47,512 nt of DNA. Origin: a virus (lineage: Duplodnaviria > Caudoviricetes). Below, in pieces: positions 26,901-35,698 of the stretch. The position numbers and the translations under genes were made by a program. Positions within the stretch are counted from its first letter, which is position 1; each line of letters opens with the position of its first letter. The stretch lies in the IMG/VR virus record IMGVR_UViG_3300032328_000467, positions 1 through 47,512 of that record. One strand, written 5' to 3'. The notes under the pieces are model-generated. The model worked only from the letters and a program-made list of their open reading frames with translations, had not been told where the DNA came from and ran no database searches.

Positions 26901-28961
26901 GCTCAAGAAGTTGTGCGACTTATCAAGAATGGCTTTATCAAGGGTGTCTCAGCCGATATGGATAAATTTGAGGCTACCGAAATAAAGGAAGAAAAGTCCG
27001 AGAACGCTGATGACAAAAAGCGTATCGGCAAAGACAAAATTGTTATCACTAAGGCAAGAGTGATGGGAGTCACGATTGTCCCCAAACCAGCCTTCCAAGA
27101 GTGCAAAATCGTACTTGCGGAAGAACCCAACTCACAGGAGGAGCCAGTCATTATGGACGACGGCATTTATGTGGGTGACGTCGATTTCAGTGACGCCCAA
27201 AGCCTAGTTGCTTGTGGTGTAGTTGCTGGTGCAATCCCCGTCAACCCACCGACAGAGTGGTTTGACAATCCAAAACTGGATAAAGCCACACCACTAACCG
27301 TTGACGACACTGGTCGCGTCTTCGGTCACATCGCTGCGTGGCACGTAGACCACATTGGTCTATCGTTTGGGACAAAGCCACCACGCTCAAAGAGTAACTA
27401 TGGTTACTTCCACACGGGTGTTGTACGCACTGATTCGGGTAAGGATGTTCCAGTTGGACAACTTACTCTTGCTGGTGGGCACGCTTCTCTCGAAGCAAGT
27501 GCTTCGGAAGCAATCAAGCACTATGACGATACTGCGAGTGCTATTGCTGACGTTCACGCTGGCGAGGACCAATACGGTATTTGGGTGTCTGGTGCTCTTC
27601 GCCCCGGTGTCCAGCCTGAGCAGATTCGCGCACTTCGTGCTTCAGCACCTTCTGGTGACTGGCGACCAATTCGTGGTTCGCTGGAACTTGTTGCTGTTTG
27701 TCAGGTAAACGTTCCAGGCTTCCCAATTGCTCGCGCCCGCGTTGCGTCTGGTGCTGTTATGGCGCTCGTTGCGGCTGGTGCTATGTCACTTGCCAAGATG
27801 AAGTCAGACCCGTTTGGTGAACTTACGGAACTGCAAGAGCGAGTTATGAAACTTGAAAAGGGGACTAGCCAAGAACTATCCGCCAAAGTAGAGTCTGCCC
27901 GCGAATTGTTCAATCAAGTTAGAGAAGAGCGTAATGCTGAACTTAGTGTTAAAGCACAGGAACTTTCAGCAAAACTAGACGCAGTTTTCTCATACGAGGA
28001 TGACTTTGCCTACATTTCTCGCAGAGAGCGAACTGGCCTTGCTGAAGAAGGTAAGGCTATGCCAGACGGTTCTTTCCCAATTCGAAACATTTCAGATTTG
28101 AAAAATGCGGTTCAGTCTTATGGTCGCACTAGCGAATCTAAGAGGGCTTCGGTTAAACGTTTTATTGAGAAACGTGCTCGTTCGCTTAAGCGCCCAGACC
28201 TTATTCCTGACGAGTGGAAGGAAGCGTCTAACGCTGAGTTCTCGCAGAAGATTGAGGCTATGCGTTCACGTATTTCTGAGGCTTCGACGTTCGCAGTGCC
28301 GGGTGAACTTCCAGTAGGGGAAGATGTTGCCCCCGCAGAAGAAAGCATTCCAGCACCTGCAGGAGACGTGACGCCGGGAAAATCTAGTGCGGTTGAGCCT
28401 GCGGTAGAGGACGTAAATGCCCCTACCGTTGAGAGTGGACTTAAAGTTGATGGTGTCTACACTCCTAAGACTCAACCGCGTGACGCTAAAGGTAAGTTCC
28501 GCCAGGTTCTTGCCCGCCTAAAGTCGGACATTGGAACTTCTGGTCTTCAGAATGCTGTCGAGGAAGCCCGCGCAGTTGGTGCTTACTATGAAATTGGTGA
28601 TTACGTCAACTCCGCTGGGGCAGCCGTAAAACTTCTCGATATCGTAGACCGACTTGACGCGGGAGCACTCAACTCTACATCCATTGAAAATGTGCGTTCT
28701 TCAGCAGCAGAACTTGGAAAAGTTATTGCTAACCTTCCGCTTGGTTTTAATGACCAAACGGAAAAGGTTCGCTATAGCGATTTGCCACCTTCGCTTCAAA
28801 ACCTCATGGACGACATGATGGAGCGGGTGGAAAAAAAGATTGGTAAGGATGACGCAGAAATTGCTACCGCAGAACTAGAAGCGTTCAGGTCTGGTTCTGA
28901 TGTTTACAGTCAGGGAGAAATCTCTGGCCAAATGTCAAAAATGCTAAGACTTCTTACCTAA
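23928..28961 (+). CDS. modular capsid maturation (prohead) protease polyprotein
   Basis: Protease-like core ESGDGR...LPLMWQ...GHNGSVVVGRID...GVSAD...GVTIVPKPAF (~26680-27120). Following domain GHIAAWH...PPRS...YFHTG, plus accessory domains. Directly upstream of the capsid gene. Confidence 0.85.
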   Translation: MSQFIGRRNDLAVYANDTNYVEIDTNLNVVVASGYTSDIESSEITKTFESHDGSTVELAASALSVLGPKALTAAARLYTIPEGVKKEAKKSLEWRKEHKRGGTPVGLNTARTLSKGGQIGIEKVRHIAKYFPRHEVDKKGKGWEPSEDNFPSNGRIAWALWGGDAGWRWAKAIVEREEKKALKADGYMQDIGADLSPFNMAEIYDESVAPEFLARVHMDGSGIDRVYKVDLDGSVYVWDDGAWDNAGIRGGDIWVYDDSLDELRGDDSQSHIIIDPDSAIVVCAKLQNNPFKKVLISEIDPEEYALFEGYEDDDDNELEFIDDVIIAALPPQAPADGYTSAERSENVQKQPRDARGLFVQVGKNVVVGGDSQNGRGEIKSINDDGTVSVRLLDGRVINVDSKLTETYTAPRGGETQVAKEQSSPSSDEPLDLSGIIGEPRTPQNMPKARLPGTLPPISASDLHSVLTDWDGWVKSQRGQFKKPKPSEGDHPLIQRLANRGGGNSKRAPLSDTADAWARPVTSAAEPKTSDVQPLYLAIVSPEDPRAVMDLVAVVPASATSNSPMTYVRKEEEWVRDPQFLEDLKSATPPPVVPLKPEVLQDVLQQVDSITASAYNHSLMVLWGPRKDVMEAKEAEFVADLESLFAVGGADKNRGNAENLRRYWTRGKGAAKIRWGTPGDWTRCVKYLSKYLGIRAKGYCQLRHKDATGMYTGSRNNPGNENAMEEPMYGFPGVDTIDITEEDLLIPLDEIMKESDDLYEANWEPEEEIVAALKELNECADEEFEALVAAAWWEGSGRKARRLKRYWTRGKGGRAKIRWNSGGDWYRCVRNLTKYLGPRAKGYCALRHKEVTGMWTGDRAHLIKYGGRVGGRANFANDTLKSSEQIISEFQLRAKAQEIKESAGLVASGVYDDSVGPRFSIPLVIPEEHESGDGRSFQKEAISWREFPLPLMWQIQTSDGHNGSVVVGRIDHMERVENGIGNCYGVFDTSAHAQEVVRLIKNGFIKGVSADMDKFEATEIKEEKSENADDKKRIGKDKIVITKARVMGVTIVPKPAFQECKIVLAEEPNSQEEPVIMDDGIYVGDVDFSDAQSLVACGVVAGAIPVNPPTEWFDNPKLDKATPLTVDDTGRVFGHIAAWHVDHIGLSFGTKPPRSKSNYGYFHTGVVRTDSGKDVPVGQLTLAGGHASLEASASEAIKHYDDTASAIADVHAGEDQYGIWVSGALRPGVQPEQIRALRASAPSGDWRPIRGSLELVAVCQVNVPGFPIARARVASGAVMALVAAGAMSLAKMKSDPFGELTELQERVMKLEKGTSQELSAKVESARELFNQVREERNAELSVKAQELSAKLDAVFSYEDDFAYISRRERTGLAEEGKAMPDGSFPIRNISDLKNAVQSYGRTSESKRASVKRFIEKRARSLKRPDLIPDEWKEASNAEFSQKIEAMRSRISEASTFAVPGELPVGEDVAPAEESIPAPAGDVTPGKSSAVEPAVEDVNAPTVESGLKVDGVYTPKTQPRDAKGKFRQVLARLKSDIGTSGLQNAVEEARAVGAYYEIGDYVNSAGAAVKLLDIVDRLDAGALNSTSIENVRSSAAELGKVIANLPLGFNDQTEKVRYSDLPPSLQNLMDDMMERVEKKIGKDDAEIATAELEAFRSGSDVYSQGEISGQMSKMLRLLT

Positions 28962-29105
28962 ACCCATAACTAAATAATAAACAGTGTAAAACCATTGTAA
29001 AATATTCATAGGTGGAGTGCCGAGCGTGTTAGTACGCATAGTCCCTTTACCTTGTACCTAACCAAGTGAGTGAAGTACGCTCACCAACTGTCCTTAGGAG
29101 GACCA

Positions 29106-31025
29106 GTGGACCAAATCAAGTCGCAGGTTGATAACCTAGCAGAACTCGGTGACGAACAAGTCTCCGAACTTCAGCAGGCTATTGTAAGCGAATTTGAGTC
29201 GGTTGAATCTCAGGATATTTCTCCAGAAACAGTTGACGCTATGACAGCCCTTGCCGATATGTTGGAAACCGTTCGCGGAGACCTTCAGCGTCGCGAGGCC
29301 GCAGCAGAGGAACTTGCCGCTAAGGCAGCCGAAGCAGCGAGCCGCGTGATGGGTATGGGCGAGGACGACATGGAAGAGGACATGGCACCCGAAGAGGAAG
29401 TAGTTCCTGCTGAAGACATGCCCGAAGCCCCTGTTGCCCCGATGGAAGAGGACGAGGAAATGAAAACCTACGCCGCAGAATCCACCGAAGCGTCTGCTAT
29501 CACTGAAGAAGTTGCTGAATTCTCAGCCGACCCAGAGGACCCCGCAGTAGAGACGTCGGAAGACGCCCCTGCTGAAGAAGTAGAGGCTCTTGAAGCCTCA
29601 ACCGAAGCCGTCGAAGAGTTCGCGGCCGAAGAAATTATTGAAACCACTATTGCGCCAGAGGCGCAGGAAGAGCAGGCACCCGTGACCGCCGCAGCAGAAG
29701 GGTCTTTCGAGGCCCCAGCGTCGCACCAGCCTGTAATTAAGGTTTCGGAAGTGGCACCCGTGGCAATCACGGCTGGCGCTGACATTCCTGGTTACACCGC
29801 TGGTAGCACAATTGCCAACATGCACGAAGTTGCTTCGGCAATGGAGAAACGTCTCCACTCGCTTCGTCGTGTTAACGGTGGAGATGGCGAGCAGCACATT
29901 GTTGCTTCATTCTCTACCTCATACCCAGAAGCACGTACCCTTTCGACTAGTGCGGAAGAAAACGCGTCCAAGATTGACGCCGTTGTCGGACCAGAAGCGC
30001 TTGTCGCTTCGGGTGGACACTCGGCTCCTTTCGAGGTCAAGTACGACATCTTTGGGTTCGGAACCACCGAGCGCCCCGTGCGCGACGCACTGCCGAAGTT
30101 CCAGGCAGACCGTGGCGGTATCCGTTACATCACTCCCCCGTCGCTTGTTTCCTACTCAGGCGGAACTGTCTACAACTATGACAGTGCCGTTGGCGTTTGG
30201 ACTGCAGCGAACGACTCGGCTCAGACACCAAACCCCGCAACCAAAGGCAGCCTGACTGTCGCGTCTGCTGCTGAGGAGACGGTTGCTACTGACGCTGTTA
30301 CGCTTCAGTTGCAGTTTGGTAACCTGATGACCCGTGCGTACCCTGAGTTGATTTCTCGCCACAACGAACTTGCTCTTATCCAGCACGCTCGTGAAGCAGA
30401 ACTCTACCTTATCTCCAAGATTGCTTCTGGCTCGACGGCTGTCAACGCTCACGTTGCCACCACCGAGGCTGCAAACCTTATCGGTGTCGCTCGCGACTTC
30501 TTGGTTCAGGTTCGCAAGGCGGCAGCGGCTTACCGCTCGCGTCACCGTCTTTCGGTTGACCTTCGACTCAAGGCTATTGTTCCTTCGTGGCTCTACGATG
30601 CAATGTCGGCAGACCTCGCACTGAACATGCCTGGTGACGGAAACCTTGCTGTTGGCCGTTCCGAAATCGAGGGTTACCTCTCGTCCGTCGGTGTCGACCT
30701 CGTTCCTTCGCCTGACCTCGCATCGTTTGGTGCTCAGCAGGGTTCGGCAGCGAAACTCCTTGAGTTCACGGACTCGTTTACGTGGTACCTGTTCTCCGAA
30801 GGAACGTTCCTGTTCCTTGACGGTGGAACGCTGGACCTCGGAATCATCCGCGACTCGACGCTCGTCGGAACCAACGACTACAAGATGTTCATTGAAACAT
30901 TTGAAGGCGTTGCCAAGGTCGGTATCGAATCACTCGCCATCACCACGGCCATTTCGGTCAACGGTGTGGCTGCTGCTCTCCGCGACACCACTGGTGGCGC
31001 AACCGCAGCCGCTATCGAAGAGTAA
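29106..31025 (+). CDS. major capsid (hexamer) protein with N-terminal acidic scaffold-like region
   Basis: C-terminal GTLDLGIIRDSTLVGTNDYKMFIETFEG, DALPKFQADRGGI and GN.MTRAYPEL. RBS AGGAGG favours GTG 29106. Codons visibly skewed to C-ending. Confidence 0.9.
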   Translation: MDQIKSQVDNLAELGDEQVSELQQAIVSEFESVESQDISPETVDAMTALADMLETVRGDLQRREAAAEELAAKAAEAASRVMGMGEDDMEEDMAPEEEVVPAEDMPEAPVAPMEEDEEMKTYAAESTEASAITEEVAEFSADPEDPAVETSEDAPAEEVEALEASTEAVEEFAAEEIIETTIAPEAQEEQAPVTAAAEGSFEAPASHQPVIKVSEVAPVAITAGADIPGYTAGSTIANMHEVASAMEKRLHSLRRVNGGDGEQHIVASFSTSYPEARTLSTSAEENASKIDAVVGPEALVASGGHSAPFEVKYDIFGFGTTERPVRDALPKFQADRGGIRYITPPSLVSYSGGTVYNYDSAVGVWTAANDSAQTPNPATKGSLTVASAAEETVATDAVTLQLQFGNLMTRAYPELISRHNELALIQHAREAELYLISKIASGSTAVNAHVATTEAANLIGVARDFLVQVRKAAAAYRSRHRLSVDLRLKAIVPSWLYDAMSADLALNMPGDGNLAVGRSEIEGYLSSVGVDLVPSPDLASFGAQQGSAAKLLEFTDSFTWYLFSEGTFLFLDGGTLDLGIIRDSTLVGTNDYKMFIETFEGVAKVGIESLAITTAISVNGVAAALRDTTGGATAAAIEE

Positions 31026-31052
31026 ATCGACAGATAGCACCCCACGTAGGCG

Positions 31053-31080
31053 GTGGGTGGCCCTTTCGGGGGTCACCCAC
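31053..31080 (+). terminator. 12-bp GC-rich hairpin with UUCG loop after capsid gene
   Basis: GTGGGTGGCCCT-TTCG-GGGGTCACCCAC. No U-tail, so it may be a stabilising hairpin or weak terminator. Confidence 0.6.
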
Positions 31081-31119
31081 TCCCCACAAAAAATCTGACA
31101 AAGATAAAGGATTTCAAAC

Positions 31120-32001
31120 ATGGTCTTCCCCAAGAATGGCGTTGTAGAGGCACCAATTATTGTGCCCTCCGCTTTTGGACTACTTGCTGTCGTCAAGCCC
31201 GAAAACTCGGCTGACGAAGACCGCTGGATTAGAGGATTTTCTCAGGAATATGAGACAACCGTTGACACCCTTACTAACTGGGACGACACAGATACCAATA
31301 GTTATGTTCTTGTAAATAACGCCACTGTCAACTATTACGACGAAATTAAGCCGTTCTTCATTGAAATCGACGAAGTTCGCTCTGGACTTGGTTTCTTGGG
31401 ACTTGACAGAATTGCTCGTCTCAAGCGTCAACTTGAAGGGGTTACGCAGAAAGCAATGGAGCGTGAGTTGTGGAACGGCGATGTTCGTATTGCCCAATCT
31501 GAAGATAACAAAGCACTTATTGGTTCCACCGCTGTGGTACTAAACTCTGGCACTGCGCTTAGCGCAAGACGTGCTCTTGCTCTTTTGGAGCACACTATTG
31601 CGACGACTTCGCATGCTGGTGAGCAGGGGATTATTCACGCCACTCGCGACGTTGTTGCTCTTCTTTCTAGTAACTCAAGCATGCTCTTTCACGAAAAGGA
31701 AAAAGACCACCTACAGACTATGGGCGGAACTCCCGTCATTGCTGGCAGTGGCTACTCTGGTCAAGGACCAGCCAGCGTGTCTGACGGTAGTCAGACTGCC
31801 TCGGCTACCAACAAATGGATGTACGCCACTGGCACTGTCAAGGTTTACCTTGGCGATGTTGACGTGGTGAACGATAACTTGGCACAGGCGTTTGATGTGT
31901 CGGGAAATGCGAATGACATGCGTCTCAAGGCAATTCGCCCCGTGGCGGTTTATTTTGATACGTCAATCCACCTTGCTGTTCGGGTCGACCTAACAGCCTA
32001 A
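31120..32001 (+). CDS. major capsid pentamer / minor capsid protein
   Basis: KPF...ERELWNG...GIIHA...LQTMGGTPVIAGSGY...WMYATG motifs, recalled from pentamer proteins of two-capsid-protein actinophages. Follows the hexamer gene. Confidence 0.7.
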   Translation: MVFPKNGVVEAPIIVPSAFGLLAVVKPENSADEDRWIRGFSQEYETTVDTLTNWDDTDTNSYVLVNNATVNYYDEIKPFFIEIDEVRSGLGFLGLDRIARLKRQLEGVTQKAMERELWNGDVRIAQSEDNKALIGSTAVVLNSGTALSARRALALLEHTIATTSHAGEQGIIHATRDVVALLSSNSSMLFHEKEKDHLQTMGGTPVIAGSGYSGQGPASVSDGSQTASATNKWMYATGTVKVYLGDVDVVNDNLAQAFDVSGNANDMRLKAIRPVAVYFDTSIHLAVRVDLTA

Positions 32002-32021
32002 AAATAAGGAGAATAGTCCTA

Positions 32022-33173
32022 ATGGCTACTCAAGACTACGCAGCCAGCATTCAGGGCGTGTCAATTCGCGTGACCCGCCTCGACGCCGCTGGTAACTTGC
32101 TGAACGGTCCTGGTGACTCGTACACCACTTCCGCATTCATGCGAGTATCCTTCACCCCTGAATATGAAGAGGGCGAAGAAATCACTGAAAAGGGCGCGAA
32201 CGGTGTCGTATGTGTTTCATACAAGGCTCCTGACACGCTCAAGCGAATCACAATGGAACTTGCCATCTGTGAGCCAGACCCAGAACTATCGGCTCTTCTT
32301 TCGGGCGGTCTCTTGCTTCGCAAGACGGTAAACGGTCAGGTTCAGTCTGTTGGTTGGGCACTTCCTGCTGTTGGAGACGACCCTGCTGGTAACGGTGTTG
32401 CTGTTGAATGTTGGTCGCACGCTGTGAAGAATGGCAAGCGAGCCTCGGCACTTCCTTACTTCCACTGGATTTTCCCCTACGCCAAGTTCCGTCAGTCTGG
32501 TGACCGCGTTATTGAAAACGGTCTCCTTGCTAACACTTTCGAAGGCTACGCTCTCGGAAACCCCAACTTTGGTGCTGGTCTCGATGGTCGTTGGGAATTC
32601 CCCGTCGCCGCCGAGCGTCCCTACGCTTACGCACGTTCTGCGTATGCACCTCAGGGTCTTCAGGGCTTCTACACGTGGTCTGACGAACAGCCTGTTGAAC
32701 CTATCTTCTTCACGAAGACTGGAATTCAGGGCGCTACTAACGTCACAATTTCTAGCATCTCCGCTACCAACGAAATTGCCACTGTCACCCTCAGTAACGT
32801 CGCTGCCGCAGCGATTGCTAACACAGACGTCATTATTGTTAGTGGCGCTGGTGATGCATTCAACACTGGAAGTGCTGGAGCCGCAATTGCCAACGTCAAC
32901 TCGGCTGCCAACACCTTCACCTACGCGGTGGCTAACGTTGGTGCTTCGGCAGTTACTTCGGGTCTCGACAAGTTTATCCGAATCACTCTTGCCGACAGCA
33001 TCGGCGAAGAAGCAACCGCCGCAACCTACACGGCTGTTACTTCGGCTCAGATTGACACGCTATACGCTGGCTCAAACGTGGGTAGCATTTCTTCCTACAA
33101 CGTTCCCGGTAACGTTGACTACAACCCCGACACCAACGTCGACTTCATCATCAAGTCGAACGAGGACGCCTAA
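32022..33173 (+). CDS. major tail (tube) protein with C-terminal beta-rich extension
   Basis: IRVTRLDAAG, VSFTPEYEEGEEI, CVSYK, LAICEPDP and YFHWIFP motifs. RBS AAGGAG. Followed by a hairpin. Confidence 0.85.
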   Translation: MATQDYAASIQGVSIRVTRLDAAGNLLNGPGDSYTTSAFMRVSFTPEYEEGEEITEKGANGVVCVSYKAPDTLKRITMELAICEPDPELSALLSGGLLLRKTVNGQVQSVGWALPAVGDDPAGNGVAVECWSHAVKNGKRASALPYFHWIFPYAKFRQSGDRVIENGLLANTFEGYALGNPNFGAGLDGRWEFPVAAERPYAYARSAYAPQGLQGFYTWSDEQPVEPIFFTKTGIQGATNVTISSISATNEIATVTLSNVAAAAIANTDVIIVSGAGDAFNTGSAGAAIANVNSAANTFTYAVANVGASAVTSGLDKFIRITLADSIGEEATAATYTAVTSAQIDTLYAGSNVGSISSYNVPGNVDYNPDTNVDFIIKSNEDA

Positions 33174-33186
33174 CCACAAAGTAGCG

Positions 33187-33229
33187 AGGCGGTGCGTTTT
33201 GGTTACACACAGGCCAAGGCGCACCGCCT
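33187..33229 (+). terminator. long hairpin after major tail gene
   Basis: AGGCGGTGCGTTTTGGTT-N7-GGCCAAGGCGCACCGCCT, an 18-bp stem with G-U pairs. Confidence 0.65.
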
Positions 33230-33252
33230 TACTCAATAAATAAGGAACAGAC

Positions 33253-34356
33253 ATGGTTGCTCTATGGGTACAACCCTCAGAACTGGGTGATTACGCTAAC
33301 ACTGAGTATGCTCAAGAGGCTGCTCAGACTGCTTCGTACCTTATGTGGGCTATGTCTGGTCGCAAATTTTCTGGTGTAACCACCGTCACGGAACGCTACA
33401 CTTGCGTACTTAGACGTTCCAGAATGGGCGAATCCAGTAAAACAACTAATGCTGTTCTTTTTGGTGGAACTGTTTACAACATTCCTAGTGGCGAGTTCGA
33501 CTTTGACGAACAATCATCGCTGACTGTTGACGGTATTTCACCAGAATCTCGTATCAAACTTCGTGGCGGTCCAGTAACAAGAATTATTTCGATTAGAAAT
33601 CGAACTGGTGCCGTCCTAGACCCGTCTTACTACTACTTAGTTGACCACTCCACCGTCCAAATTTCTGCTGGGGCAGCGTGGACGCCGTGTAACACTGAGA
33701 TTACTTACCAATACGGAAGCGAGCCACCCATCGCGGGAAAGATGGCTGCTCGCACTCTCGGTATTGAGTTTGCTAAGTTGTGGGCAGACGATGAAACCTG
33801 CGCTCTCCCACAGCGTATTACGTCGATTTCCCGTCAGGGCGTAAACTACACAATCCTTGACCAGCAAGACTTTATTCAAGAATCTCGCACTGGTCTTTAT
33901 GCGGTTGACCTATTTCTAAAATCAGCAAACCCTGATGGTGCTCGTCGTCGCTCGCGAGTGTTTTCTGTTGACACTCCGAAGGCTCGTCGTTATACGCCAA
34001 AACCTTCCGTGTATACGGCTAATACTCAAGTTGACATTACTCTGTCGGGAAATACGACGGCTAACCTAACTATGTCTTTGGCAAATATCAACGCTACGTT
34101 TTTGACAAACACTGTGGCGTGGACACCGAGCGTCATCCTTAGAAGTTCTTCGGGGCTTCGTACGGACACTCTTTCGGCAACTTATTCAACAGTAAATGTT
34201 GCTGCTAGCACGATTACGGTGTCAGTTCCTTACGCAAATGCTATGCCTGTTTTGGGTCTGATTGACCCCGGTTATTATGACCTTTACGGAAACCACTCGA
34301 ACGGGAGCACTGTTCTTATCAAGTCAGCCAATCTCAAAATCAACATGGCTTCGTAG
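33253..34356 (+). CDS. head-to-tail adaptor with C-terminal beta-sandwich extension
   Basis: LMWAMSGRKF, CALPQRITSISRQGV and TGLYAVDLF...NP motifs. Confidence 0.75.
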   Translation: MVALWVQPSELGDYANTEYAQEAAQTASYLMWAMSGRKFSGVTTVTERYTCVLRRSRMGESSKTTNAVLFGGTVYNIPSGEFDFDEQSSLTVDGISPESRIKLRGGPVTRIISIRNRTGAVLDPSYYYLVDHSTVQISAGAAWTPCNTEITYQYGSEPPIAGKMAARTLGIEFAKLWADDETCALPQRITSISRQGVNYTILDQQDFIQESRTGLYAVDLFLKSANPDGARRRSRVFSVDTPKARRYTPKPSVYTANTQVDITLSGNTTANLTMSLANINATFLTNTVAWTPSVILRSSSGLRTDTLSATYSTVNVAASTITVSVPYANAMPVLGLIDPGYYDLYGNHSNGSTVLIKSANLKINMAS

Positions 34357-34398
34357 TTGTACAATAGAACTATAATCCTAAACAGATAAGGCAAGAAA

Positions 34399-34569
34399 AT
34401 GACTGAAAGCCAGACCAACTTCCGCGCAACAGACATGCCCAGTGCTTCTAGAGTGACCGCAACCCCAGCAACAATTGCTAGGTTTGTTGCCCCTAAGCAA
34501 CCAGTTGGTCCTACGCCAACAGTTGAGGACGCCCCTGTTGCGGATGTCGAGGTTGCTGAGGAAGCCTAA
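34399..34569 (+). CDS. small Pro/Ala/Thr-rich protein (56 aa; not in ORF track)
   Basis: MTESQTNFRATDMPSASRVTATPATIARFVAPKQPVGPTPTVEDAPVADVEVAEEA*. AAGG RBS; stop abuts the next start. Confidence 0.65.
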   Translation: MTESQTNFRATDMPSASRVTATPATIARFVAPKQPVGPTPTVEDAPVADVEVAEEA

Positions 34570-34571
34570 TA

Positions 34572-35078
34572 ATGGCTATTCCTCTCAACATCAACGAGTT
34601 CTCCGAGGACTCCCTCAATCTCAAAGAGATGATGGACGGTATTCTGGAAAAAATCCAGACTACTTTTCAGTCTTACAACATTCCACTGCCACAACGTTGC
34701 TATTGGATTATGGGTCAACCCGCAATTGATTGCGAGCAACTTGTTGTGTCATTTGCTCAAATGTATTTGGGTGCCCCCGGTGACCAAGCCTCTGACCCTC
34801 AACGTTGTCACGTTCCTCGCACAGCGGTTGTGAACATTATGCTGTCCCGTCAGGTTCCTGTTGTTGGGCAGAACGGGCGTCCACCAAGCGGAAACAAAAT
34901 TGAAGAGGGTTCTTATATTGCCGCTGTTGATTCGTGGGTTCTTATGCAGTCCATCAACCTTCTTGACCAGTGGGACCCGACTGGTTATGGTTTAGGCGTT
35001 ATCGCCACTCTTGACGTTATCGGTCCCGAAGGTGGATACCAGACAAGTAATCTCCAACTTACGCTGGCAGTTCCCTAA
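34572..35078 (+). CDS. tail terminator/completion-like protein
   Basis: AIDCEQLVV and IGPEGG motifs; neck-module position. Confidence 0.6.
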   Translation: MAIPLNINEFSEDSLNLKEMMDGILEKIQTTFQSYNIPLPQRCYWIMGQPAIDCEQLVVSFAQMYLGAPGDQASDPQRCHVPRTAVVNIMLSRQVPVVGQNGRPPSGNKIEEGSYIAAVDSWVLMQSINLLDQWDPTGYGLGVIATLDVIGPEGGYQTSNLQLTLAVP

Positions 35079-35614
35079 TGTATGGGTTGCCAGACAGTTG
35101 GGCTGGATGGGCGGCAAAGCGCGTTGTCAGAAACTCCATCGGTAGGAGTAGGTCGGCAGTTAGACGTTCACTTACTGCTAGGCAGGGCAAGTCCTACTAC
35201 TTTGACAAACTCATTATTTATAAGCCCGTACTAGAAGAATTTTTGAATGGTCCGAACGGTCCCGTTTGGAGTGATTTAGAAAGAAGAACTAGAAAGACAG
35301 TTGCTGAAGCAAGACGGCAAGTTGGCTACAAGACTGGGCGACTTAGGCGTTCTATTTACTACAATCACGATAGAAATTCTCTTGGGCACGTGATAAAAAT
35401 AGGTTCTGACGTTGAGTATGCCTATATGCACCACCAAGGAACAAGACCGCACGTTATTCTTCCAAAAGGTGACCACGAGTTTTTACGTTTTTCAGTGGGA
35501 ACAAGAATTGTTTACACAAGAATAGTCAACCACCCTGGAACAAAACCAAATAAGTTCTTGTCCCAGCCACTAAGAAATAACTTCTCTGAACTAGCAACTA
35601 TCCGCGAGTTCTAA
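35078..35614 (+). CDS. HK97 gp10-like neck protein
   Basis: KTGRLRRSI...YAYMHHQGTRPHVI...VNHPGTKPNKFL; basic protein. Confidence 0.8.
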   Translation: MYGLPDSWAGWAAKRVVRNSIGRSRSAVRRSLTARQGKSYYFDKLIIYKPVLEEFLNGPNGPVWSDLERRTRKTVAEARRQVGYKTGRLRRSIYYNHDRNSLGHVIKIGSDVEYAYMHHQGTRPHVILPKGDHEFLRFSVGTRIVYTRIVNHPGTKPNKFLSQPLRNNFSELATIREF

Positions 35615-35698
35615 AGTCACCAGTGTTTTGTTGCGATAAACTTGTTCTATAACTGAATACCCATTTATTTAATAGATATGTAAAGGAAACTACAAATA

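Noticed and set aside
29070-29105. Upstream GTG start of capsid gene
   Set aside because: AGGAGG lies just before GTG 29106, and 29070 lies within a leader hairpin.
32431-33243. 270-aa alternative-frame ORF over the major tail gene
   Set aside because: Ser/Thr/Leu/Pro-rich off-frame composition with no RBS or slippery site identified.
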